From positions 145 through 64,144 of the forward strand of contig JALEWG010000139.1 of assembly GCA_022788065.1 (NCBI GenBank): a stretch of DNA of 64,000 nt, in the 5' to 3' direction. Every line of letters begins with the position of its first letter. Within the stretch, counting starts at the first letter, position 1. This stretch comes from Lachnospiraceae bacterium (GTDB lineage: Bacteria > Bacillota > Clostridia > Lachnospirales > Lachnospiraceae). The notes below the pieces were generated by a model that worked only from the letters and a program-made list of their open reading frames with translations, was not told where the DNA came from and ran no database searches. Of this stretch, positions 1-9,354 are shown one piece after another. The position numbers and the translations under genes were made by a program.

Positions 1-1
1 G

Positions 2-769
2 CTGGAGGATGAGCTTCACACCACGCTGTTTGAGCGAACCAAACAGGGCGTTTCTCCCACAAGAGCCGGCGACTTCCTTTATGAAAAATCAGGGGAAGTC
101 ATTCGGAATCTGGAGGAGATCGAGGATGGGATCCGCCAGCTGGAACACTGCAGTGAAAGACTCCGCATCGGCTGCGCCCACGGGGTGTTTAATCTGATCC
201 CGATTCAGACCATCCTGGATTTTATCCGGAACTCCCCGGAGCTTCATGTCGAGTGGTCCGATTACGCCAATGAAGAGGTGAAAGAGCTTCTTCTGGCTTC
301 CAGGCTGGATTACGGCATCATCGTGGGAGCCGATTCCACTGGCCGTTTTTCCAAACAGAGGCTGGCTTCCTGCGACATCGTTCTCTATGTATATGAAGGC
401 CACACGCTGTACGATTATAAATGTGTGACTCCGGATATGCTCCGGGAAGAAAATCTGGTCCTGATGAATGAACAGCACCATATGTTCCATGTTTTCGTCG
501 ACGCCTGTAAGCTCCACGGATTTTCTCCGAAGATCGTAGCCAGGACCGGAGACGCGGCTGTAATGCACAAGGTGTGCAGCCAGAAGATCGGACTCGGCGT
601 GGCTCCCGCGTTTCTGACTGCCTCCTTCAGCATGGAGCACATGCACGCGATCCCGTTTGAAGAAGCGATCCGGTGGGAGGTTTACGGCGTCTGCCAAAAT
701 AACACCTCGGACTACCCGGCGATCCGGAAATTTGATGAATTTCTGCGCAATCCGGCAGCAGGAGCCTGA
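2..769 (+). CDS. LysR-family transcriptional regulator, 5'-truncated by the window edge
   Basis: The frame is open from nt 2 into listed ORF 185..769. The translation LEDELHTTLFERTKQGVSPTRAGDFLYEKSGEV... is the end of a LysR HTH/linker, followed by a LysR substrate-binding-type domain. Confidence 0.8.
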   Translation: MEDELHTTLFERTKQGVSPTRAGDFLYEKSGEVIRNLEEIEDGIRQLEHCSERLRIGCAHGVFNLIPIQTILDFIRNSPELHVEWSDYANEEVKELLLASRLDYGIIVGADSTGRFSKQRLASCDIVLYVYEGHTLYDYKCVTPDMLREENLVLMNEQHHMFHVFVDACKLHGFSPKIVARTGDAAVMHKVCSQKIGLGVAPAFLTASFSMEHMHAIPFEEAIRWEVYGVCQNNTSDYPAIRKFDEFLRNPAAGA

Positions 770-917
770 TATTCGGCGATGCGTGACGATCCCGGCAGCC
801 TGTGACAACAAAGAGTTGTCTCATGGAAATCTCCGGTTGATAGACGGTTAACATGTTTTCTTATTATAATGATTGTTAAGAAACTATCGTACTTTTTACT
901 ATCAAAAGGAGAAACCT

Positions 918-2909
918 ATGAAGTACAGAAATCTCTTTACGCCTGTCAGGATCGGCTCTGTCACGCTGAAGAACCGGTTTGCACTGGCGCCCATGGGACC
1001 GCTCGGACTTTCCGACTCCGAGGGCGGTTTCAATCAGCGCGGTATCGACTACTATACCGAGCGCGCAAAGGGCGGCACGGGACTGATCATCACCGGTGTC
1101 ACCTTCTCTGACTGCAAGGTGGAGACTCAGAGCATGCCCAACTGTCCCAACTCCACTTACAACCCCGTTCATTTCATCCGCACCAGCAGAGAAATGACGG
1201 AGCGTGTTCACGCTTACGGAAGCAAGATCTTTTTAATGATGTCCGGCGGCTTCGGACGCGTGACGATCCCCACCAACCTCGGTGATTTTCCGCCGGTAGC
1301 TCCATCTGCCATCCCGCACAGATGGCTGGACAAGATCTGCCGTCCGCTGGAGAAGGAGGAGATTCGCAGCATCGTGAAATCCTTCGGCGACGGCGCATAT
1401 AACGCCAAGCGCGGCGGATTCGATGGTGTGGAGATCCATGCAGTCCACGAGGGCTATCTTCTGGACCAGTTCGCCATCTCCATGTTCAACCTCCGTACCG
1501 ACGAGTACGGCGGCTCCCTGGAAAACCGTCTCCGTTTTGCGAAGGAAGTGGTCGAGGAGATTAAATCCCGCTGCGGCGATGATTTCCCGGTTGCCCTGCG
1601 TTTCAGCGTCAAGAGCATGATCAAGGACTGGCGCGAGGGTGCTCTCCCGGGCGAGGAATTTGAAGAGAAGGGCCGTGATATTGAAGAGGGTCTGGAAGCT
1701 GCGAAGCTTCTGGTATCCTACGGCTATGACGCGCTTGATACCGACGTCGGAACCTACGACGCATGGTGGTGGAATCATCCGCCGATGTACCAGGAGAAAG
1801 GCCTGTTCCGCAAATACTGCCGCATGGTAAAGGAAGTTGTTGACGTGCCGGTTCTCTGTGCCGGACGTATGGATAACCCCGACATGGCGTCTGCCGCGGT
1901 GGAAAACGGTGACTGCGATATTGTAAGCCTCGGCCGGCCGCTTCTGGCGGATCCGGATTATGTGAACAAGCTCCGCAGCGGCAGATACGACGAGGTTCGT
2001 CCCTGCATCTCCTGCCATGAGGGCTGTATGGGCAGAATCCAGGAATACTCCATGATCAACTGCGCGGTGAATCCGCAGGCAGCCCGCGAGCGTGTGACCG
2101 CTTACGAGCCGATCACAAAGAGCAAGAAGGTCCTCATCGTGGGCGGCGGCGTGGCAGGCTGTGAGGCAGCCCGCGTTCTCGCGATCCGCGGCCACAAGCC
2201 GGAGCTGTTTGAGAAAGCAGGACGGCTCGGCGGAAACCTGATCCCGGGCGGAGCTCCGGAATTCAAGGAGGACGATATCGCGCTCGCCGACTGGTACACC
2301 AGAATGTTAGATAAGCTGAACGTACCGGTTCGTCTCAATACCGAGATCAAAAAGGATGACGTCCTGAATGGAGACTATGATACTGTGATCATTGCGACCG
2401 GTTCCACCCCGAAGGTATTCTCTCTCGGCGACGACGCCCATGTCTACACGGCAGCCCAGGTGCTGAACGGCGAAAAGGACTGCGGAGGCACCACCGTCGT
2501 TGTGGGCGGCGGTCTTGTCGGCTGTGAAACAGCCCTGTGGCTGGCACAGCACGGCAGACATGTCACACTGGTGGAGGTCCTCGACAAGCTGATGGCCGTC
2601 AACGGCCCGCTCTGTCACGCCAATAAGGATATGCTGGAGCGCCTGGTTCCGTTCCACGGCGTTCAGGTCATGACCGGCGCTAAAGTGAACGGATATCAGG
2701 ACGGAATCCTCTCCGTCACAACCACAGACGGAGCGCAGAAGCTCTCCTGCGACAGCGTGATCCTGTCCGTCGGATACAAGGAGGAAAACTCCCTGTACCA
2801 CGAGCTGGAATTTGACGTTCCGGAGATCTACCTGCTCGGCGACGCGAAGAAAGTGTCCAACATCATGTACGGAATCTGGGATGCGTTTGAGGTTGCAAAC
2901 CATATCTGA
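918..2909 (+). CDS. 2-enoate reductase / 2,4-dienoyl-CoA reductase family flavoenzyme (OYE-like FMN domain + Fe-S motif + FAD/NAD(P) domain)
   Basis: ORF 873..2909. ATG at 918 follows AAAGGAGA. N-terminus is OYE-like (FTPVRIGSVTLKNRFALAPM, HAVHEGYLLDQF). Cys motif CISCHEGCMGR. Dinucleotide fold VLIVGGGVAGCEAA plus a second VVVGGGLVGCE. Confidence 0.85.
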   Translation: MKYRNLFTPVRIGSVTLKNRFALAPMGPLGLSDSEGGFNQRGIDYYTERAKGGTGLIITGVTFSDCKVETQSMPNCPNSTYNPVHFIRTSREMTERVHAYGSKIFLMMSGGFGRVTIPTNLGDFPPVAPSAIPHRWLDKICRPLEKEEIRSIVKSFGDGAYNAKRGGFDGVEIHAVHEGYLLDQFAISMFNLRTDEYGGSLENRLRFAKEVVEEIKSRCGDDFPVALRFSVKSMIKDWREGALPGEEFEEKGRDIEEGLEAAKLLVSYGYDALDTDVGTYDAWWWNHPPMYQEKGLFRKYCRMVKEVVDVPVLCAGRMDNPDMASAAVENGDCDIVSLGRPLLADPDYVNKLRSGRYDEVRPCISCHEGCMGRIQEYSMINCAVNPQAARERVTAYEPITKSKKVLIVGGGVAGCEAARVLAIRGHKPELFEKAGRLGGNLIPGGAPEFKEDDIALADWYTRMLDKLNVPVRLNTEIKKDDVLNGDYDTVIIATGSTPKVFSLGDDAHVYTAAQVLNGEKDCGGTTVVVGGGLVGCETALWLAQHGRHVTLVEVLDKLMAVNGPLCHANKDMLERLVPFHGVQVMTGAKVNGYQDGILSVTTTDGAQKLSCDSVILSVGYKEENSLYHELEFDVPEIYLLGDAKKVSNIMYGIWDAFEVANHI

Positions 2910-2988
2910 TGTTCGTGACCGGGATTCGGCAGTATTGAAAAACGGAGCTTCCGCTCTTTTAAAAGCGGCAGCTCCGTTTCTCTGTTTT

Positions 2989-4035
2989 TTAGTATTCCAC
3001 CTGCGGAGCGGCGTCGATCGAGCACTCCGTCTCCGGCGTCTTTACACGCTTTTTAAATATCATACTTCCGGCAAGACCGGCCAGTGTTCCTCCGGCTACC
3101 GCAAATACCAGCGCTAACATCACATTGACTGCCGGATTGAAGGCGAACGGTGCCAGAAGTCCCGGAATCGGAGACGCAGTTCCCGGCGCGTTGTTTACAA
3201 TGCGGAAAAACGCCGCCGCAATTCCGGAGAGACCGCCGCCAAAGAAATTGGAGCAGTAGATCGGAATCGGGTTGGAGGTAATGATGTCCGCCTGTGTTAA
3301 CGGCTCCAGCATAACTGCGATCACATTACTGCGGTCACCTAACTTCAGACGCGCGAAAATGATTCCATTGGTGAATGATCCGCCCACACAAGCGATGGCA
3401 GCAATTCCCATGGGAAGCCCGGTCAGGCCCAGCATGGCAGTGAGTGCCATGGAACTCAGCGGGGAAGTACAGATCATCTTGATAATTCCGCCTAACAGAA
3501 ATCCCATAACAATCGGCGACTGCTCGGTCGCAGCGGAGATCGTTGCACCGATGCGAACCAGCGTCGCATTTACCGCGGGATCCACAACGAACGCGATGAA
3601 GCGCGCGAACGGCGCAATCATCAGTGCGCCGCCGATAATATTCAGCCCTTCCGGCAGTTTCTTCTCAATGAACGGGGCGATCAGTCCCACCACATATCCG
3701 GCGATAAATCCCGGAAGAATTCCGTAGCCGCCGACAGCAACTCCGGCTGTCACAGCGAAAACAGGATTTGCTCCCATGGAGATCGGAACCATGATTGCGG
3801 CAGCTACACCGCCAAGACTTCCCGAAGTATCTCCGACCAGCCGGAAAAACTCCAGTCCCATCAGATCGCCGGTGATATATTTGTGCACCGCTTCCACAAG
3901 AAACGTGGCGATCGCAGCATTTGCCATCCCAGACATGGCAAGCTGTCCCTTTGGCATTTTCAGACTGAACAGTGAAAATGCCGCCAATGTTATTAACAGT
4001 AACCCGACCCCGGATACAATTGTCATCATAGCCAT
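2989..4035 (-). CDS. Polytopic membrane protein, PfoR / PTS-EIIC_2-like permease
   Basis: 348-aa Gly/Ala-rich multi-TM protein. Recognised from memory as COG3641/PfoR-type EIIC-like. No EIIA/EIIB partner is adjacent. Confidence 0.55.
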   Translation of the reverse strand: MAMMTIVSGVGLLLITLAAFSLFSLKMPKGQLAMSGMANAAIATFLVEAVHKYITGDLMGLEFFRLVGDTSGSLGGVAAAIMVPISMGANPVFAVTAGVAVGGYGILPGFIAGYVVGLIAPFIEKKLPEGLNIIGGALMIAPFARFIAFVVDPAVNATLVRIGATISAATEQSPIVMGFLLGGIIKMICTSPLSSMALTAMLGLTGLPMGIAAIACVGGSFTNGIIFARLKLGDRSNVIAVMLEPLTQADIITSNPIPIYCSNFFGGGLSGIAAAFFRIVNNAPGTASPIPGLLAPFAFNPAVNVMLALVFAVAGGTLAGLAGSMIFKKRVKTPETECSIDAAPQVEY

Positions 4036-4258
4036 TCCCTCTCTTTCCTGCTTTTCCTTCGTTACCCATTACCTTCCGGATCTAAGGTTCCCATCCTGCC
4101 GCCTGTCCGTGACGCAGAATGTCGTCCGGGAACTTATTGATTTTCTAAATAATCATCCGGTTTTATTATTGATAACCTTAATATAAATCCTACACTTCAA
4201 AAAGTAACAAACGGTATCAAAACAGACAAAGAAAAATACAGCACCATGGACATTTTTG

Positions 4259-4274
4259 TCAAAATATGACAAAA
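4259..4274 (-). promoter_or_regulatory. Direct repeat TTTTGT-CATA-TTTTGA (minus strand), candidate response-regulator operator; second half overlaps a TTGACA -35-like hexamer
   Basis: Read from sequence 4253-4275. It lies between the response-regulator stop (4333) and the permease start (4035). Confidence 0.4.
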
Positions 4275-4332
4275 TCAGTCCAATGGCACTGTACAGAATG
4301 ACGAAACCATATGGATGTTCGCTGTCACCGGC

Positions 4333-5184
4333 TCAGTGCGTCATGCAGTAGACCACGAGCGCATTCAGAAAGCTCTTTATTTTTACGTTTCCATGCTTGT
4401 CGCTCTTCCCGCGAATATAATCCATCTCTTTCCGCACCTGCTCGAAATTGTAGAGCGTGTTGGAATATTCCATGAAGATCTCATTTCCATAATCCTCGAT
4501 TCCCAAATGGGCCAGATTAACAAGGCCGGCATTCACGGTCCGCCGGATCCTCTGCTCCATGGATTTCGGGGAATCACTGAACCGGCTGCAGAGCTCATTC
4601 AACGTCGCATCGCCCACGCCCTCATGATGGGCCATCAGATACTCCGCCACCATCGCGATATCCCGGCTCCCGATATCGCCGATAATGCCCAGCTGCTGCA
4701 GAACATTCCGAAGCACGGCAGAATGCTCTCCGGCGGGATAAGCTGCCGGTTCCTGCCGGGTTTCCGGCTGCATTCCTTCCATGAAAATGTTCTGCATTTT
4801 ACTCATGGTACGCTGCATGTTCAGTGAATTTCCGACCTTTTTGATCACATTCTCCACTTCCACGCTGTTGATCGGCTTCTGGATAAAAAATTCAACCCCT
4901 GCCTCGTACGCGGAGGCAATCATTTCCTTCGAAGACACCTGTGACAGCATGATATACGCAGCCCCCGGAAGCACCTCCTTCGCCCGACGCACAAAGGCGA
5001 TTCCGTCCATTTCCGGCATCAGAAGATCCACGATCACAATGTCCGGCTTCAGCGCCGCGACATCTTCCAGACCGTCGCGCCCGTTTCCGGACGCCCCACA
5101 GACGGTTCCCAAACCGCGGTCCGTAATAATTCTCTTCAATATGTTTCGGATATTCCGGTCATCATCAATTAAATAGAATTTCAT
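4333..5184 (-). CDS. Response regulator, receiver domain + YcbB/GlnL-type C-terminal domain
   Basis: MKFYLIDDD...DIVIVDLLMPEMDG receiver motifs. The C-terminal region (EQRIRRTVNAGLVNLAHLGIEDYGNEIFMEYS...) resembles the GlnL/YcbB output domain. 4-nt overlap with the kinase gene. Confidence 0.75.
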   Translation of the reverse strand: MKFYLIDDDRNIRNILKRIITDRGLGTVCGASGNGRDGLEDVAALKPDIVIVDLLMPEMDGIAFVRRAKEVLPGAAYIMLSQVSSKEMIASAYEAGVEFFIQKPINSVEVENVIKKVGNSLNMQRTMSKMQNIFMEGMQPETRQEPAAYPAGEHSAVLRNVLQQLGIIGDIGSRDIAMVAEYLMAHHEGVGDATLNELCSRFSDSPKSMEQRIRRTVNAGLVNLAHLGIEDYGNEIFMEYSNTLYNFEQVRKEMDYIRGKSDKHGNVKIKSFLNALVVYCMTH

Positions 5185-6470
5185 CCTAGCTCCGTTTCTG
5201 CTCTTTTCTCCAGATTCTTTCTGGGAATCCGGATGATAAATGTGGTTCTGCCCGGCACAGAAGTCAGCTCGATATTTCCGTGGAGCTGATCCTCCACCAG
5301 GTCTTTTACAAGATTCAGTCCCAGCCCACGGCTGACCTCCCCTGTCGTATAATTGATCTTTGTGGAAAATCCGGGTTCAAATACTTCCTCCAGATATTCC
5401 TCCTCAATTCCGGGTCCGCAGTCCGTCACTTCAAACTGACAGACCTCTCCCGATGAAGTCTGCTCCACAAGAATGGAGACCTGTTCCCCCTCTGCCGCCT
5501 CCACCGCATTGTTGAACAGATTCCGGAAGATCGACATCAGCGCATACTGCCGGTCCGTATAAAGGCGGTCGCTGCAGCGAACTGTCATAGAAAGCTTTTT
5601 TCCGTTTTCCGCCGCCATCCGCGTCATGGATTCCTTAAGCAGTGCGAACAGCTCGGAGATCTCCATGCCGTCGCTTCGCATTTCCTGATTCAACGCCTCG
5701 GACATGCCTTTTAAAATCAGCAGATACTCCTTCTTGATCTCATGGACGTCTCTGGCCACGGAAAGCGCGGAAGTCACATATTTCGGGTCTGTACCAGCTT
5801 TCCCCAGTTCTTCATAAAGCCGGTATGCAGTGCTCATCGTTTCTTCGATCAGCGCCGTATTTTTCCGCATCCAGACTATTTCCCCGTCAAGCTTTGAAAC
5901 CAGAACGAGAAGACGCCGGTACCGGTCCTCATGCTCCTGCTTTAAAAGAAGAAAGCGGTACCGGTCAAAGCCGGTCAGGACCGCGCCGATGACAAACGTT
6001 CTGAGACAGGCGATCAGGAAAATACCGCTCTGGGTCTTCCATGTGAAGGAAGCCGCCTGCATACGGAGAAGCAGCTCCGCAGCGTTCGCCGCATAGTCGA
6101 TCAGAACCATCGGCAGCGCGGCCAGCGGGCTGAAGGTATCTTTCTTTTTAAGAAACACCGTGTACAGCCGCAGCAACAGTCCGTAGCAGATATAGAAACC
6201 GGTTTCCGGAAACGCGGAGACAATGCTTGCCTGCCAGGTTCCGGTCTGCAGCCGGTACATACACGCCCTCAGCGCAAAAACGCCGAACGCCGAGCAGAAT
6301 GTGACCGGAATCAGCGGAAACGCGTCAGTCAGAAAATAAAAGAGCGGAATGAAAACGACAGCGATCGAGATCTTAAAGTCCGCAATAAAAAGGTTCATGC
6401 TGAGCTGAGCCGCCAGTATGACCACCGCGCTGTAGCATATGATCTTTTCCAGGTTCTTTCTGTCCTTCAT
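5181..6470 (-). CDS. Sensor histidine kinase, multi-TM N-terminus, GlnK/YcbA-like
   Basis: 429 aa. About 5-6 N-terminal TM helices, then HATPase_c motifs (NLFNNAVEA, DCGPGI, GLGLNLV). ATGA overlap with the downstream regulator. Confidence 0.75.
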   Translation of the reverse strand: MKDRKNLEKIICYSAVVILAAQLSMNLFIADFKISIAVVFIPLFYFLTDAFPLIPVTFCSAFGVFALRACMYRLQTGTWQASIVSAFPETGFYICYGLLLRLYTVFLKKKDTFSPLAALPMVLIDYAANAAELLLRMQAASFTWKTQSGIFLIACLRTFVIGAVLTGFDRYRFLLLKQEHEDRYRRLLVLVSKLDGEIVWMRKNTALIEETMSTAYRLYEELGKAGTDPKYVTSALSVARDVHEIKKEYLLILKGMSEALNQEMRSDGMEISELFALLKESMTRMAAENGKKLSMTVRCSDRLYTDRQYALMSIFRNLFNNAVEAAEGEQVSILVEQTSSGEVCQFEVTDCGPGIEEEYLEEVFEPGFSTKINYTTGEVSRGLGLNLVKDLVEDQLHGNIELTSVPGRTTFIIRIPRKNLEKRAETELG

Positions 6471-6512
6471 GGCAATATCCTCTCCTCAAAGGATCAAAGC
6501 GGAGACACGAAG

Positions 6513-7241
6513 CTACTCTCCGCTTTCCCTCCCATATGTTTCCACGCAGAAGCCTTTGTGTCCGCATTGCGTGCAGGTCAGTTTTCTCGCAGTGGACGTA
6601 TGTCTGGCCCAGAAGACATCCCTGATTTTCGGCCGGAATACCGTATGGCATTTAGGGCAGATATAGGCGGTGTTATCATAATAATACCGGAAGAGCCACA
6701 CGGTGAGCGCGATCACGACCGCCATCCCCACTGCAAACGGCCACCAGATTCCCTCTGTGATCCCGAGGATCAGAGTCCCGATTTCAACGAGATCCATGAC
6801 AACTCCGACGCCGAGCATAATGCCCCGCACTTTGTAAAGCTTCTTTTTATTCTCCATGTAATAGGCCATATCACCGATAGATTCAACGGAAAAATGCTCC
6901 ACACGTTTCAGCTGCCGTTTCAGTTCCTCCACGGAATCCAGCATCGTCTGGCGCTCCCCGATCTCATTTCGCAGGACCTGCTCCTGCTGATCCAGAAGAA
7001 GCAAAATCACCTCGCCGGGATTTTCTTCCGTGAAAAGCTCACCAATGCCGTTGATGGACAATCCGATGTTCCGGAGAAAGCAGATAATTTTTAATTTCTG
7101 CAGATCCTCCTCCGAGTAAAGCCGCCTTCCGCCCTCACTGAGCTCACTGGGAACCAGGATATTCCTGGAATCATAATACTGCACGGTCCGCACCGACACG
7201 CCGCACTGCTTCGCCATTTCTCCTGTCGTGTATTTTGACAT
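6513..7241 (-). CDS. MerR-family regulator fused to two TM helices and a C-terminal zinc-ribbon (CPKC...CTQC)
   Basis: N-terminus YTTGEMAKQCGVSVRTVQYYDSRNIL is a MerR HTH, followed by a coiled coil. Then hydrophobic segments GIMLGVGVVMDLVEIGTLILGI and WWPFAVGMAVVIALTVWLF, then CPKC-x-CTQC. Confidence 0.8.
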   Translation of the reverse strand: MSKYTTGEMAKQCGVSVRTVQYYDSRNILVPSELSEGGRRLYSEEDLQKLKIICFLRNIGLSINGIGELFTEENPGEVILLLLDQQEQVLRNEIGERQTMLDSVEELKRQLKRVEHFSVESIGDMAYYMENKKKLYKVRGIMLGVGVVMDLVEIGTLILGITEGIWWPFAVGMAVVIALTVWLFRYYYDNTAYICPKCHTVFRPKIRDVFWARHTSTARKLTCTQCGHKGFCVETYGRESGE

Positions 7242-7265
7242 AGCCTTTCACCTCCTTACGCCGCT

Positions 7266-7296
7266 ATCATACAACATGACGCAGCGTCATGAACAA
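7266..7296 (-). promoter_or_regulatory. MerR-type promoter: TTGTTC - 19 nt - TATGAT with perfect dyad CATGACGC-A-GCGTCATG in the spacer
   Basis: Minus strand: -35 at 7296-7291, -10 at 7271-7266, spacer 7272-7290 = 19 nt. Palindrome 7275-7291. It sits about 25 nt upstream of the merR-like ATG (7241). Confidence 0.55.
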
Positions 7297-7460
7297 GTGG
7301 TAACGCAGGGAGATATTTCACCGCGTTATCTTTTTGTATATCTTATCATGAATTGCAGTCGGAGACAATCTGATATATCGAACTTCTTTCTTGACAACTG
7401 CCCCCGGCTTCTATAAGATAGCAGAGGATAAAATCAATTCAAAACCGAAGGAGCCCGATC

Positions 7461-8687
7461 ATGAATTCCAAAAATGTATTGCAAAAGTCCCTGACTTTTT
7501 CCTACTCGCTTGTGCAGGCGTTCTACTGGATGAATTATGCCTGCATCATCGGCTATGCCAGCGTTTATCTTCTAAGCGCCGGATTCACCAACACCCAGAT
7601 CGGCGTCCTCATGGCAGTGTCGGGAGCCGTCTGTACGGTCCTCCAGCCTGTCATTGCAGGATACGCGGACCGTCCCGACAGTCTGTCCATCAAAAAACTG
7701 ACTTTTCTTGTCAGTGTTCTCATGGCAGCGATGACCGGTGTTCTTCTCGCCTTTTCCGGCCGGTCAAAAATCATTACTCTGGTTACATACGGCAGCGTCC
7801 TCATGCTCGTCCAGCTTCTCACCCCGTTCATTTATTCCATGGGAATTGAAAGCATGAACCAGGGAAAAAAACTCAATTACGGAATTTCAAAAGCCATGGG
7901 ATCTCTGTCCTATGCCGTGACCGTCTATGCGCTTGGTATTATCGTTGCCGGAATCGGAGAACACTCCGTCCCCGTCTGCGTCCTGCTTTTTATCCTCATA
8001 TTCAGCCTGTATCTGACACGGTTTCCGTTTAAAAAGACAGCCGTTTCCGGTGCAGCCGGAGAACAGGAACACTCCGGCGGACTTCTGTACTTCTATAAAA
8101 AATACAGAATCTTCTGCTTTACATTGATTGGCTGTATCTTTATTTTTATCAGTCATGTGCTGTTAAACACGTTTGCATTCCAGATCATAAGTATCAAGGG
8201 CGGCGGAAGTTCGGAAATGGGCTCTGCCATGTCCATCGCCGCTGTATGTGAGCTCCCGACCCTGCTCTGCTTCACATACCTGATCCGGAGGTTCCGCGCC
8301 TCCACGTTGTTCTGGATCTCCGGTGTTTTCTTCGCGCTGAAAGCGATCGGCTCTTTTCTGGCCCCGGACATTCCGTCCTATTTCACGGTTCAGGTCACAC
8401 AGATGGGTGCATGGGCATTAAATTCCGTATCCGCGGTGTACTATGTAAATTCCATCATGGATCCGCGGGATGCGATCAAAGGTCAGGCGTATGTGACCAC
8501 CGCCTACACGGCTGCCAGTGTGTTCGGTTCCCTATTCGGCGGAACGCTCATTGACATCGCAGGCGTAAACTCCATGCTGCTCTTCTCCGCCGGATCCGCC
8601 ATGATCGGCATGTTCATTATTTTCGTGTCCGTACAGGCAGGCGAACGTCAAAGAAAGGCTTACATCCCGGCGTCAGATGAAGTATAA
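7461..8687 (+). CDS. MFS transporter
   Basis: 408 aa, 12-TM-like profile. RBS AAGGAG lies upstream of the ATG. Divergent from the MerR-like gene. Confidence 0.8.
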   Translation: MNSKNVLQKSLTFSYSLVQAFYWMNYACIIGYASVYLLSAGFTNTQIGVLMAVSGAVCTVLQPVIAGYADRPDSLSIKKLTFLVSVLMAAMTGVLLAFSGRSKIITLVTYGSVLMLVQLLTPFIYSMGIESMNQGKKLNYGISKAMGSLSYAVTVYALGIIVAGIGEHSVPVCVLLFILIFSLYLTRFPFKKTAVSGAAGEQEHSGGLLYFYKKYRIFCFTLIGCIFIFISHVLLNTFAFQIISIKGGGSSEMGSAMSIAAVCELPTLLCFTYLIRRFRASTLFWISGVFFALKAIGSFLAPDIPSYFTVQVTQMGAWALNSVSAVYYVNSIMDPRDAIKGQAYVTTAYTAASVFGSLFGGTLIDIAGVNSMLLFSAGSAMIGMFIIFVSVQAGERQRKAYIPASDEV

Positions 8688-8734
8688 TAAAAAAGCATTG
8701 CAATTATATCATTACGAAACAGGAGGTCTTAATT

Positions 8735-9241
8735 ATGAATGCATTAGAAACCATCCGATCCAGACGAAGCATCCGAAAATATAAAAAAGGCGCAGTAATT
8801 CCGAAGGAAGATATCCGGCAGATTCTGGAAGCTGCCATGATGGCTCCCAGCGCATGCAATACCCGTCCGTGGGAATTTGTTGTTGTGGAAAATCAGGAAA
8901 CCCTAAAAGAGATCATGGCCGCCCACCCGTACACCTCCATGTTAAACACAGCCTCTCTCGCCATTGTGCTTTGTGCCCGTCCTGATCTTCAGACCGGCAA
9001 AGCCGAGGGCTTCTGGCCGGAGGACTGCGGCGCGGCAGCACAGAACATCCTGCTGGCAGCTGCCAGTCTCGGTTACGGTACCTGCTGGTGCGGTGTGTAT
9101 CCGTCAACGGAACGGGTAGAAGCTTTAAAGAAGATCCTCGACGTAACAAGCACCCCGTTCGCCGTTATCGCTCTCGGAGTGCCTGATGAAGCTCCCGCAG
9201 CCCGCGGATTCTACGATGAATCGCGTGTGAAATGGCTCTAA
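8735..9241 (+). CDS. Nitroreductase family protein
   Basis: RRSIRKY...PSACNTRPWEFVVV motif typical of NAD(P)H nitroreductases. RBS AGGAGG. Confidence 0.85.
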   Translation: MNALETIRSRRSIRKYKKGAVIPKEDIRQILEAAMMAPSACNTRPWEFVVVENQETLKEIMAAHPYTSMLNTASLAIVLCARPDLQTGKAEGFWPEDCGAAAQNILLAAASLGYGTCWCGVYPSTERVEALKKILDVTSTPFAVIALGVPDEAPAARGFYDESRVKWL

Positions 9242-9354
9242 GAAGCCACCGAGCTGATGCGTCAGAGAGAAAATCATTAAAAATCATTTTTTTCCATCAT
9301 AATTTCTTTTCGTGAAGCCATACTAACACCATCACAGATAAAGGTGGTGAAAAA

